A stretch of DNA of 64,000 bases from Bdellovibrionales bacterium. Lineage in GTDB: Bacteria > Bdellovibrionota > Bdellovibrionia > Bdellovibrionales > UBA1609. Under the pieces are notes generated by a model, which had not been told where the DNA came from, did no database searches, and saw nothing but the letters and a program-made list of their open reading frames with translations. This document shows, piece by piece, positions 54,151-63,291 of the stretch (within the stretch, counting starts at the first letter, position 1; each line of letters opens with the position of its first letter). The DNA lies in NCBI GenBank assembly GCA_965219095.1, contig CBDCMT010000001.1, positions 832,001-896,000 of the forward strand. The letters run 5' to 3'. The translations under genes and the position numbers were made by a program.

Positions 54151-54392
54151 AACGTGAAAAATTGACAAAAGCCTAGGATTTTTATGCTGTATGATCTTTA
54201 TTCCTGTTACTTTCTACTATAGAGGGTTAAATATTTTAGAGGGTTAAATATTTTTTCATAACTTAAACAAAACAGTAGTTTTCAAGAAGGCGTACAGGCC
54301 TTTTAAGCCATTTCAGTGAAAAAAACGAAAAAAGACGCACCTCTAGCATTAACTTTCTAAAATTTTGAGAAGTTCCTGATAAAAGACTATTA

Positions 54393-55429
54393 ACCCGAGT
54401 TTCGACTTTTTTCAGGGCTAAAGGCTAGCTGATATCAACAAACACCTCAGACCTTTGTAAGATTTTCTTGAAGAAGCAACTTACAAGGAAAAACACCTTG
54501 AGAGTTGCAAAAAACATACAAGGAGGTCTAAGATGTTTAATTCTAATTATATCATATCAATTTATGTTCTTGTCGATGATTTTTTAACCCCTCTCATACA
54601 GCAGCATCCAGAACTAGTTTCCAAAAATAAAAGAGGTTTTTCTTGTGCTATGTCTCCCAGCGAAATTATCACTCTTTGCTTACTTTTCCAAAGTTCTGGC
54701 TTTAGGAATTTTAAAGCCTTTTATCAGTTTGCAGAAGTCTATCTTAAACCTTATTTTCCTAAAATGTTGTCTTACTCCCGATTTGTGAACATCAAAAAAG
54801 ACATGGCTTTTTTGATGTTTCTTTTCTCGACAAGCCTTATGAGTAAAACCACCGGCATATCATTTATTGATTCCACATCGATTTTTCTTCAAAAATAAAA
54901 GAATAGGACGAAATAAAGTGTTCTAAAAGTTAGCTAAAAAGAGGCAAAAGTAGTATGGGCTGGTTCTTCGGATTTAAACTCCATATTGTTATCAATCACC
55001 TCGGAGAACTTTTAAGTTTTACCTTAACTCCGAGAAATGTAGATGATCGAAAGCCTGTTATAGGTTTGTGTAAAGGGCTGGTGGGGAAACTCTTTGGAGA
55101 CAAAGGTTATATTTCATCAGACCTTTTCAAAAAGCTTTTAAAAAAGGGAGTTAAGCTTATTACAAACGTCAAATTAAATATGAAGAATAAATTGATTCCC
55201 TTATTTGACAAGTTGATGTTGAAAAAACGTTCTGTTGTGGAAACAGTGATTGGAGTGTTAAAAGGAGAGTTTCATCTTGAGCATTCTCGCCATCGTAGCC
55301 CACAAAACTTTGTCATCAATCTTTTAGGTACTCTCATCTCCTATTGTTTAAAACCTAAAAAACCCTCCATTCAACTTAAAACTCAAGAACAGGGGCCTCT
55401 GAGCAATATATAAAAGTCGAAACTCGGGT
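54393..55429 (+). mobile_element. IS982-family IS, full length, transposase pseudogene (54533-55413)
   Basis: 18-bp TIR ACCCGAGTTTCGACTTTT; TATTA flanks; FIDST, GWFFGFKLH, GDKGY. Confidence 0.93.
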
Positions 55430-55467
55430 TATTAATAGCATCCCCTTAGCATCCCCTTGTGATCCTA

Positions 55468-55878
55468 GGGTGTGTCCTCATTTACCTAGACCTTTTTCAA
55501 GACCTTAGGCGTGTTGAATATTTATAAAGATTGTAAAAAGCTCATAACAAAGGGAGGTATTATGTTAAGAAAAGTTTTAACAGATTCTATGTGGAAGGAT
55601 CTGGAAGCTATTATAAGAGAGAAAGGCTGTTATCATTCAGCAAACAATAGAAATGTTATGGAAGCAATTTTATGGAAATTACGCACAGGCAGTCCGTGGC
55701 GTGATATTCCTGAACAGTTCTGTCCTTGGAAGAGAGCATATAATCGCTTTAATAGGTGGGTACAAAAAGGGTTATGGAATGATTTTTTTTTACTTTACAA
55801 GAAGAAGTTGATACAGAGTGGGTGTCCATCGACGGAAGTTACGTATCGGTTCATCAGCATGCTAGTGGAGCTCGGCGT
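55468..55878 (+). mobile_element. IS5 (IS427-like) 5' fragment
   Basis: Left TIR plus most of orfA, cut by the MITE. Confidence 0.9.
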
Positions 55879-56272
55879 CCCGACTTCAGCGTTTTCCACT
55901 ACTAAAACTTCATAAAAGTGTGCGAGCTATGTTTAGAACAGAGTTGGGGGGTATTTTTCCAGACAGTGCATTTGTAGTGTCAGAAATCTTTTTTTGAGGT
56001 CTTTTCAAGGCTGGAAATTTCTTTTAACATTTAAATATGTTTGTAAAAAAGATTCCAAGAAAGAATAGTTTTATTTCAGTTCAGATTGTAGAGAACAAGA
56101 GAGTGCAGAATAAAGTCATCCAAAAAACCATTCAACATTTGGGGCAATATACAGTTTTAACCCCTAAAATCATATAAAAATCCTATAAGGCACCGTTTAA
56201 AATGTAGTGATCACGATTTTGCGTAACCACTTGAAATCATTAGATTCTTGAAAAGAAAACGCTGAAGTCGGG
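55879..56272 (+). mobile_element. IS1634-derived MITE (394 bp)
   Basis: 18-bp TIR CCCGACTTCAGCGTTTTC; residual ORF at 56037 MFVKK..VQIVENKR..KVIQKTIQHLG. Confidence 0.85.
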
Positions 56273-56328
56273 AAAAGTCGAAACTCGGGTTATTAATAGC
56301 ATCCCCTTAGCATCCCCTTGTGATCCTA

Positions 56329-56886
56329 GGGTGTGTCCTCATTTACCTAGACCTTTTTCAAGACCTTAGGCGTGTTGAATATTTATAAAGATTGTAAAAA
56401 GCTCATAACAAAGGGAGGTATTATGTTAAGAAAAGTTTTAACAGATTCTATGTGGAAGGATCTGGAAGCTATTATAAGAGAGAAAGGCTGTTATCATTCA
56501 GCAAACAATAGAAATGTTATGGAAGCAATTTTATGGAAATTACGCACAGGCAGTCCGTGGCGTGATATTCCTGAACAGTTCTGTCCTTGGAAGAGAGCAT
56601 ATAATCGCTTTAATAGGTGGGCACAAAAAGGGTTATGGAATGATTTTTTTTTACTTTACAAGAAGAAGTTGATACAGAGTGGGTGTCCATCGACGGAAGT
56701 TACGTATCGGTTCATCAGCATGCTAGTGGAGCTCGGCGTGGAGAAAGTCGTGCTGTGGGAAAATCTAGAGGTGGATCCACAACAAAAATACACATGGCCT
56801 CCGATGCGCATGGAAATCCACTCTGTTTTAAAATCACTGGGGGTGAAGTACACGACAGTCAAGTTGCAGGTGATTTAATTGATGAG
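56329..56886 (+). mobile_element. IS5 (IS427-like) copy truncated in orfB
   Basis: Intact orfA; orfB stops at GDLIDE where an IS3-like end begins. Confidence 0.9.
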
Positions 56887-56929
56887 TGATCTTCCCCCCA
56901 AAAAAGTGGACAGTTTTTATGTTCTTAAA
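56887..56929. mobile_element. IS3-family-like terminal IR remnant
   Basis: TGATCTTCCCCCCAAAAAAGTGGACA resembles IS3 ends (TG..CCC..GTGGACA). Confidence 0.6.
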
Positions 56930-57044
56930 TGTAATAGACGTTATATGATCTGACAGTTACCCTTTCTGGGTTGATAAAAAACTGTCTGTCAGTTTTTTAT
57001 CAACCCAGAAAGGGTAACTGTCAGATCATATAACGTCTATTACA
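56930..57044. repeat. Perfect 55-bp inverted repeat with 5-nt loop; IS481-like TGT..ACA ends
   Basis: 56930-56984 is the exact reverse complement of 56990-57044. Confidence 0.95.
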
Positions 57045-57063
57045 AATAAAACAAATAATTTGG

Positions 57064-58062
57064 TTGGGAGTATGGTCTTTATTTTCTATGACTTCTTTTG
57101 CAGATATTTATACCAATTACAGAACTAAAACAATAAAAGATTTACAGGGTGATAAGTTACAGGACTACAAAAAAGCCTTTGATTGGTTTGAAAAGTCAGC
57201 AAAACAAGGAAATGCAGAAGCTCAGAATAATCTTGGTGTGATGTATGTTAGGGGAGAAGGCGTTTTAAAGGATTACGAAAAAGCCTTTGATTGGTTTGAA
57301 AAGTCAGCAAAACAAGGACTTGCAGAAGCTCAGTATGCTCTTGGTGTGATGTATAGTGAGGAAAAAGGCGTTTTACAGGACTACAAAAAAGCCTTTGATT
57401 GGTTTGAAAAGTCAGCAAAACAAGGAAATGCAGAAGCTCAGAATAATCTTGGTGTGATGTATTATAAGGGAGAAGGCGTTTTACAGGACTACAAAAAAGC
57501 CTTTGATTGGTTTGAAAAGTCAGCAGAACAAGGATTTGTAGAAGCTCAGAATAATCTTGGTGTGATGTATAGTGAGGAAAAAGGCATTTTACAGGACTAC
57601 ATCAACAAGGCTTATAAATGGCTTATTTTATCATATGAGGGAAAAGGCGTTTTACAGGATTACGAAAAAGCCTTTGATTGGTATGAAAAGTCAGCAGAAC
57701 AAGGAAATGCAGAAGCTCAGTATAATCTTGGTGTGATGTATTATGAGGGAAAAGGCGTTTTACAGGACTACAAAAAAGCCTTTGATTGGTATGAAAAGTC
57801 AGCAAAACAAGGATTTGCAGAAGCTCAGTATGATCTTGGTATGATGTATACTAAGGGAAAAGGCGTTTTAAAGAATTACCTCACAGCTTATGCATGGCTT
57901 ATTTTATCAAAAGCTCAAGCACATGGCAAATTAGAAGCGATTGTAAGCGAATCATTATCTATACTAGAAAATAAAATGACTTCCTCGCAAATTGCAAGAG
58001 CTCAAAAGCTAGCAAATCAATTTAAAGCTGAGAAAACCATTTTAGAGGAACCTGTGAATTAA
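57064..58062 (+). CDS. Sel1-repeat protein; native start apparently lost
   Basis: 36-aa units DYKKAFDWFEKSAKQGNAEAQNNLGVMY; 108-bp DNA tandem repeats from 57157. Confidence 0.92.
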   Translation: MGVWSLFSMTSFADIYTNYRTKTIKDLQGDKLQDYKKAFDWFEKSAKQGNAEAQNNLGVMYVRGEGVLKDYEKAFDWFEKSAKQGLAEAQYALGVMYSEEKGVLQDYKKAFDWFEKSAKQGNAEAQNNLGVMYYKGEGVLQDYKKAFDWFEKSAEQGFVEAQNNLGVMYSEEKGILQDYINKAYKWLILSYEGKGVLQDYEKAFDWYEKSAEQGNAEAQYNLGVMYYEGKGVLQDYKKAFDWYEKSAKQGFAEAQYDLGMMYTKGKGVLKNYLTAYAWLILSKAQAHGKLEAIVSESLSILENKMTSSQIARAQKLANQFKAEKTILEEPVN

Positions 58063-58159
58063 AAATGATGGATGAGTGGTAAAAAACTCTAAAAAAGAAG
58101 AAAAAAACAAAACCGAGCCTTATCATAAAAAATTGAGTCCTTTGTCCGGCTTCTTTTGC

Positions 58160-58340
58160 GTAAGTCGGTTTCTTAACAGCCCTTGACTTCTGTGGAGAGG
58201 ATGTTTCTTAGATTTTAACGGGGTTTTTTTGAAAGAAGTGTAGTCAGTATAAGTTAGGAGCGGTTTAAAAACCGAGTTACGACTCATCTAAGAAATATCC
58301 TCCTCAGTAGAAGTCAAGGGCTGTTAAGAAACCGACTTAC
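58160..58340. mobile_element. IS66-type MITE (181 bp)
   Basis: GTAA..TTAC ends, 32-bp perfect TIR (imperfect to ~54 bp), 8-bp TSD TCTTTTGC. Confidence 0.85.
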
Positions 58341-58449
58341 TCTTTTGCAGATATAGAAGATGACAGACAGTTTACGACTCAAAAAGTTCTTTATGACACA
58401 GAATTTCAAGATGATGAAATTGACAGTATAAAAGGGCTTTGTTGCACGT

Positions 58450-58773
58450 CCCGACTTCAGCGTTTTCCACTACTAAAACTTCATAAAAGTGTGCGAACTA
58501 TGTTTAGAACAGAGTTGGGTGGTATTTTTCCAGAAAGTGCATTTGTAGTGTCAGAAATCTTTTTTTGAGGTCTTTTCAGGGCTGGAAATTTCTTTTAACA
58601 TTTAAATATGTTTGTAAAAAAGATTCCAAGAAAAAATGGTTCTATTTCAGTTCAGATTGTAGAGAACAAGAGAGTACAGAATAAAGTCATCCAAAAAACC
58701 ATTCAACATTTGGAGCAATATACAGATAAGAACAGGAGCTTCTGAACAATATATAAAAGTCGAAACTCGAGTT
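58450..58773 (+). mobile_element. IS1634 left end fused to an IS982 right end
   Basis: Matches 55879-56154, then switches to AACAGGAGCTTCTGAACAATATATAAAAGTCGAAACTCG. Confidence 0.8.
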
Positions 58774-58892
58774 AATAGTAAGCTCCTTTTTATGAGCTTA
58801 CTTCTTAGATGAGTCTAACTCTTCTAATCAGGGTTTTTAAGTCCCAGCTTTGCAAAAAAAGGCTGGTCATCCATATTTTCTTTTTGATAGAC

Positions 58893-58975
58893 ACTCTAAA
58901 AATTTAACAGAGTTTGATTAAAAAGCCAGGGGGCTATGCATTAAAAGAATGTCGAATTAATTTTTGGAAATGGTA
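58893..58975 (-). repeat. Isolated IS630-C left end
   Basis: Matches 38088-38170 and 41265-41347. Confidence 0.85.
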
Positions 58976-59024
58976 TAATATCCTGCAATAGGAGAAGAAA
59001 TCAAGAAAAATAGTCTTACAGTGT

Positions 59025-59105
59025 ACTAGGATCCAGTTTTACATTTCTTACAACTTTCCACAATCGTGTAAAGTGCTGTAGCTGTTCTTGAGCCTTTCCT
59101 GGATT
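59025..59105 (-). pseudogene. Possible IS66 TnpC C-terminal remnant
   Basis: Translates as GSRTATALYTIVESCKK..LDP across a frameshift. Confidence 0.35.
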
Positions 59106-59323
59106 CTTGAATTCTGACTTGGTGAGACTTTATCTTGTCTGTAATAGCCTTTTATTGTCATCATATAATAAACTGATTACCGTACTTTATCGGAAGTATT
59201 TAAATGGAGCTAAATTTGTGGGTCAATAAAGATTTTAACCAAGAGAGTTAAAAAAATGTGGAAAGAGAATTCTGACGTATAGGTGGATAAAGATAATAGC
59301 ACAGATGAAATGAAATAAAGGAA

Positions 59324-60994
59324 TTGTTAATGGCAACTAAGAAGAAAACTGTCAAAAAAAAGATCCAAAAATCTATAAAGAAAAAACAAACTCTTGAAGA
59401 TATTGAAAAAAAGCTTTGGCTTATGGCAGATAAGTTTCGAGTCAATATGGACGTTACTGAATATAAACATGTTGTTTTAGGACTTATATTTCTTAAATAT
59501 TTATCAGACGATTTTGATAAATTTCGCAAAAATTTAAGAAAACAATTCAAAGATCCAAAGCACGAAAACTTTTATAAAAACGCTACTAAAAATGGCATTG
59601 AGCAGGAACTAGAAAATAAAGATTACTATAAATCTCAAAATATTTTTTGGGTTCCTGTAGAAGCGAGGTGGTTTGGAAATACTGTAACGGGAGACCAAGG
59701 ACTCCAAGATGACGCTGAACAAGCTTATATAGGGAAAAGAATTGATAATGCTATGGCAGTTCTTGAAAAGGAAAACTCAAAACTTAAAAAAGTTTTGCCG
59801 AAGGATTTTGCAAGACAACAATCCAATGTACGCTTAGGAGAGCTTGTGAATCTTATTTCCACTATTGGCTTTAACGACACTGAACGTCCCTCAAGAGACA
59901 TTTTCACTCATGTTTATGAATATTTTCTGAGTCAATTTGCTTTTCAAGAAGGAAAAAAGGGAGGACAATTCTACACACCTAAGTCTGTAGTAAATTTGGT
60001 TGTAGAATGCTTAGAACCCTACAAGGGAAGAATCTACGACCCTGCTATGGGTTCAGGAGGCTTTTTTGTCTCAAGAAATCGTTTCATTAAAATGTACAGC
60101 GATCAAAAACACTTCCAAAAAACAAAACAAAATATCTCCTTCTATGGTCAGGAATCAAATCCAACAACTTGGAGGCTCGTTGCCATGAACATGGCTATTC
60201 GAGGAATAGACTTTAATTTTGGAAAAGAGCCAGCCGATACTTTTCATAAAAATCAGCACCCTGACTTAAAAGCAGACTTTATTATGACAAGTCCTCCTTT
60301 TAATATCAGTAATTGGGGTAGAGATAAACTCATTAAAGATAGACGTTGGAAGTACGGTATTCCGCCAAAAAATAATGCTAACTTTGCTTGGATTCAGCAT
60401 GTGATCGATCATCTTTCCCCCAGAGGATATGTCGGAATTGTTTTGGCCAATGGTTCGATGTCATCAGATATAAACAATGAAGGAATGATTAGAAAAAAAC
60501 TCCTTGAGTCTGATCTTGTAGATTGCATGATAGCATTCCCTGGGCAACTTTTTTTAAACACTCAAATTCCAGCTTGTATTTGGATTTTAGCTAAAGATAA
60601 GTCTGGAAAAGATGGGAAACGAAAAAGAAAAAATGAAGTGCTTTTTATTGATGCTAGAAATACAGGAGAGATGATTAACAGAACCCAAAGAGCCTTTTCT
60701 GATAATGAGATTCAGAAAATAGCTGGTATTTATCATTCTTGGAGAAATAAAGGTAAAAAATATGCAGATATAAAAGGGTTTTGCAAGTCTTCGGTTTTAG
60801 AAGAAATTAAATCTAACAATTATGTATTGACTCCCGGAAAGTATGTGGAGATAGACATAACTGAAGGTGATGTTCTTTCTTTTCATAAAAAAATGAATCA
60901 ACTCACAAAGAGATTAAAAGATGAGTTTGCCAAATCAGAGAAGCTAGAAAAAGAAATCAAAAAAAATCTATCAAGTATTGGGTTTGAAGTATAA
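59324..60994 (+). CDS. hsdM: Type I R-M methyltransferase subunit with atypical SPPF motif IV
   Basis: EYKHVVLGLIFLKY, GQFYTP, YDPAMGSGG, YGQE, TSPPFN, NANFAWIQH. Confidence 0.93.
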   Translation: MLMATKKKTVKKKIQKSIKKKQTLEDIEKKLWLMADKFRVNMDVTEYKHVVLGLIFLKYLSDDFDKFRKNLRKQFKDPKHENFYKNATKNGIEQELENKDYYKSQNIFWVPVEARWFGNTVTGDQGLQDDAEQAYIGKRIDNAMAVLEKENSKLKKVLPKDFARQQSNVRLGELVNLISTIGFNDTERPSRDIFTHVYEYFLSQFAFQEGKKGGQFYTPKSVVNLVVECLEPYKGRIYDPAMGSGGFFVSRNRFIKMYSDQKHFQKTKQNISFYGQESNPTTWRLVAMNMAIRGIDFNFGKEPADTFHKNQHPDLKADFIMTSPPFNISNWGRDKLIKDRRWKYGIPPKNNANFAWIQHVIDHLSPRGYVGIVLANGSMSSDINNEGMIRKKLLESDLVDCMIAFPGQLFLNTQIPACIWILAKDKSGKDGKRKRKNEVLFIDARNTGEMINRTQRAFSDNEIQKIAGIYHSWRNKGKKYADIKGFCKSSVLEEIKSNNYVLTPGKYVEIDITEGDVLSFHKKMNQLTKRLKDEFAKSEKLEKEIKKNLSSIGFEV

Positions 60995-61005
60995 GAAGTG
61001 CAGAA

Positions 61006-61422
61006 ATGAAAATAAACCTTTCACCGCTAGAAAAAACAATTCGATCTCTTGAGAGTTCACTGTTAGTTTATGATAAATATGAAAATACAGAGGATAAAGA
61101 ACTCAAAGTTTCTTTAAAAGAAAGTGTCATTAAATCTTTTGAGATGTGTTATGAAATGTCTCGAAGCTTAATGGATCGTTATTTGAAAGAGTATACAGAC
61201 GAAAAAGTTGATCAAATGACAATTCATGATATTTTTAGACATGGAGAAAAAAATGGAATTCTTTCCAGTGCAGAAATTTGGTTTGACTACAGGAAAAAAC
61301 GAAATCAAACAAGCCATGTTTATGATATCAATATAGCCGAGGAAGTTTTCCTTACAGCCAGGAATTTTTTAGAGGATGTTCGATTTTTATTTAAAAAATT
61401 AGAGGAAAAAATTGAATCTTGA
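61006..61422 (+). CDS. HEPN-domain protein (HI0074 / nucleotidyltransferase substrate-binding family)
   Basis: VIKSFEMCYE and RNQTSHVY (RX4HXY). Confidence 0.88.
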   Translation: MKINLSPLEKTIRSLESSLLVYDKYENTEDKELKVSLKESVIKSFEMCYEMSRSLMDRYLKEYTDEKVDQMTIHDIFRHGEKNGILSSAEIWFDYRKKRNQTSHVYDINIAEEVFLTARNFLEDVRFLFKKLEEKIES

Positions 61423-63037
61423 TCTTGCCCCAGCCTACGAAGAGGTCGTCAAAAAAATTTTTAAAGAGCATATTCCTAATGACGAGGTATGGGCTTTTGG
61501 CTCTAGAGTGAGGTGGATGGCAAAGGATAACTCTGATCTTGATCTTGTGATTGTTTCAAGAAAAAAAACTCCATCTAAAACTCTAACTCTTTTAAAATTA
61601 GACTTTGAAAACTCAGATCTTCCCATTAAGGTGGATATTCTGGACTGGAAAAGCATTTCTAAAGAGTTTCAGAAAATTATCAAGGAGGAGTATGTTATTT
61701 TCCAAGAAAAGAAAATGAATTTTAATTTTAGGTCCTGGGAAAAGTTTAAACTAAGTGAAATAACTACCTTTTTAAACGCAAAGAAAGTTCCTTTAAGCGG
61801 TTTAAAGAGAAAAACAAAAAAAGGAAAATATAGGTATTATGGAGTTTCTGGAGTTGTTGATTATATTGATGATTATACTTTTGACGGCAAATACTTTTTG
61901 ATCTCGAAAGACGGTGAGAATTTGAAGACTAGAAAAACGCCAATTGCATTCGTAGTTGAAGGTAAATATGGAATAAATGATCATGTTCATATATTAGATG
62001 AGAAAAAAGAAGGCATTCTAGACTATCTTGAAAATTATTTTAGATATTTAGATATTTCACCTTATATAACTGGAGCAGTCCAACCTAAATTAAACAAAAA
62101 ATCTCTTGAAAAAATCAAAATACTACTTCCTAAGAGAGATGATCGACTTAAAATTAATAAAGTTGCGAACAATTTTAAGCTTAAAATAGAAATAAATAAT
62201 AAAATAAATAATATTCTTGAATCTTTAGCACAAACAATTTTCAAATCTTGGTTTATTGATTTCGACCCCGTCTATGCCAAAAAGCTGGCATTCGACTCTG
62301 GTTTGTCAAAAAAACAAGCTGAACGTGTAGCTATAGCTATTATCTCTGGGGTTTGTAACCCTAAAAAGTTTGTTGAAGATTTCAAGAAAATGGATCATCT
62401 TTTATCTCAAAAGCTATCAAAAATGAACAAGAAAAAACAAAAAGAACTAGCTTATATGGCTTCTTTATTTCCAGGTGAGTTTGAAGATAGTGATTTAGGA
62501 GAGATTCCCAAAGGGTTTAATGTTTGCAGGATAGATCAAATACTCGAATTAGCCTATGGGAAATCTTTAAAAAAATCAAATCGTGTAGAAGGATCTTATC
62601 CTGTTTATAATTCAGAAGGACGCAGTGGTGTTCATAATGTTTATTCTGTTAAGGGGCCTGGAATTATTTTGGGAAGAAAAGGAACTACTGGTAGCCTGTA
62701 TTGGGAGGATAATAATTTCTTTCCTGTAGATACTACTTTTTTTATAAAACCTAGAAAATCATATAAACTTACTTTTATTTTTTATCTTATGCAAACTTTA
62801 GGGCTAGAAAAGATGAATACAAATGCCTTAACTTTAAATTTTAATAGAAACAATGTCTACAAACTTAAGTTTGTAGAGTTTCCTAGAGAAATAAGAATTG
62901 TATATGAAAACTTAGTTGCTTCCATAAGAAATCTTATGTTTAATAATTTAAAAGAGGTTGAGGAAATAGAGAAGTTAAGAGACACACTTCTTCCGAGATT
63001 ACTGGAAGGTAAGATAGGTTTATCAGACATACAGTGA
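61412..63037 (+). CDS. hsdS: MNT nucleotidyltransferase fused to a Type I specificity subunit
   Basis: aa 1-100: FGSRVRWMAKDNSDLD (GSX10DXD); then TRD1, LESLAQTIFKSWFIDF, LGEIPKG, TRD2, LRDTLLPRLL. Confidence 0.92.
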   Translation: MNLDLAPAYEEVVKKIFKEHIPNDEVWAFGSRVRWMAKDNSDLDLVIVSRKKTPSKTLTLLKLDFENSDLPIKVDILDWKSISKEFQKIIKEEYVIFQEKKMNFNFRSWEKFKLSEITTFLNAKKVPLSGLKRKTKKGKYRYYGVSGVVDYIDDYTFDGKYFLISKDGENLKTRKTPIAFVVEGKYGINDHVHILDEKKEGILDYLENYFRYLDISPYITGAVQPKLNKKSLEKIKILLPKRDDRLKINKVANNFKLKIEINNKINNILESLAQTIFKSWFIDFDPVYAKKLAFDSGLSKKQAERVAIAIISGVCNPKKFVEDFKKMDHLLSQKLSKMNKKKQKELAYMASLFPGEFEDSDLGEIPKGFNVCRIDQILELAYGKSLKKSNRVEGSYPVYNSEGRSGVHNVYSVKGPGIILGRKGTTGSLYWEDNNFFPVDTTFFIKPRKSYKLTFIFYLMQTLGLEKMNTNALTLNFNRNNVYKLKFVEFPREIRIVYENLVASIRNLMFNNLKEVEEIEKLRDTLLPRLLEGKIGLSDIQ

Positions 63038-63291
63038 TTGTAAGTTAAAAATTTATACGATTGACCAATAGAGAAAAGGATAAGCTTTAAGAGACAACAC
63101 TCAATCGTTTTAATAAATTGTTATTCTAGAAGGCGTTAGAAATTAACAGAACAGACATAAATGCCTATGATACATAGCAACGAATGAAGCTTCTTTGCAA
63201 TTCTATAGTAGACTAAAAGCAGTGTAAGTAAAAAGGAGGACAGATTATGGTAAAACAAATCACCTAAATTCCCGACAAAAAATATACACTA

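Larger units (their letters stand above)
55412..56739 (+). repeat. 467-bp direct repeats (55412-55878 and 56273-56739) flanking a MITE
   Basis: Offset 861; one visible mismatch (GTA/GCA). Confidence 0.93.

Noticed and set aside
54221..54254. Short tandem duplications (AGAGGGTTAAATATTTT x2; also AGCATCCCCTT x2 at ~55437)
   Set aside because: Two-copy slippage or excision scars with no further structure.
57157..57930. CRISPR array
   Set aside because: 108-bp coding Sel1 repeats without unique spacers; no cas genes.
62260..62500. Long insert between the HsdS TRDs (DFDPVYAK..LFPGEFEDSDLGEIP)
   Set aside because: A recurrent feature of one Type I HsdS subfamily, not novel.
63040..63290. hsdR remnant or SD-led ORF (MVKQIT)
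   Set aside because: No HsdR motifs; the ORF stops after six codons.
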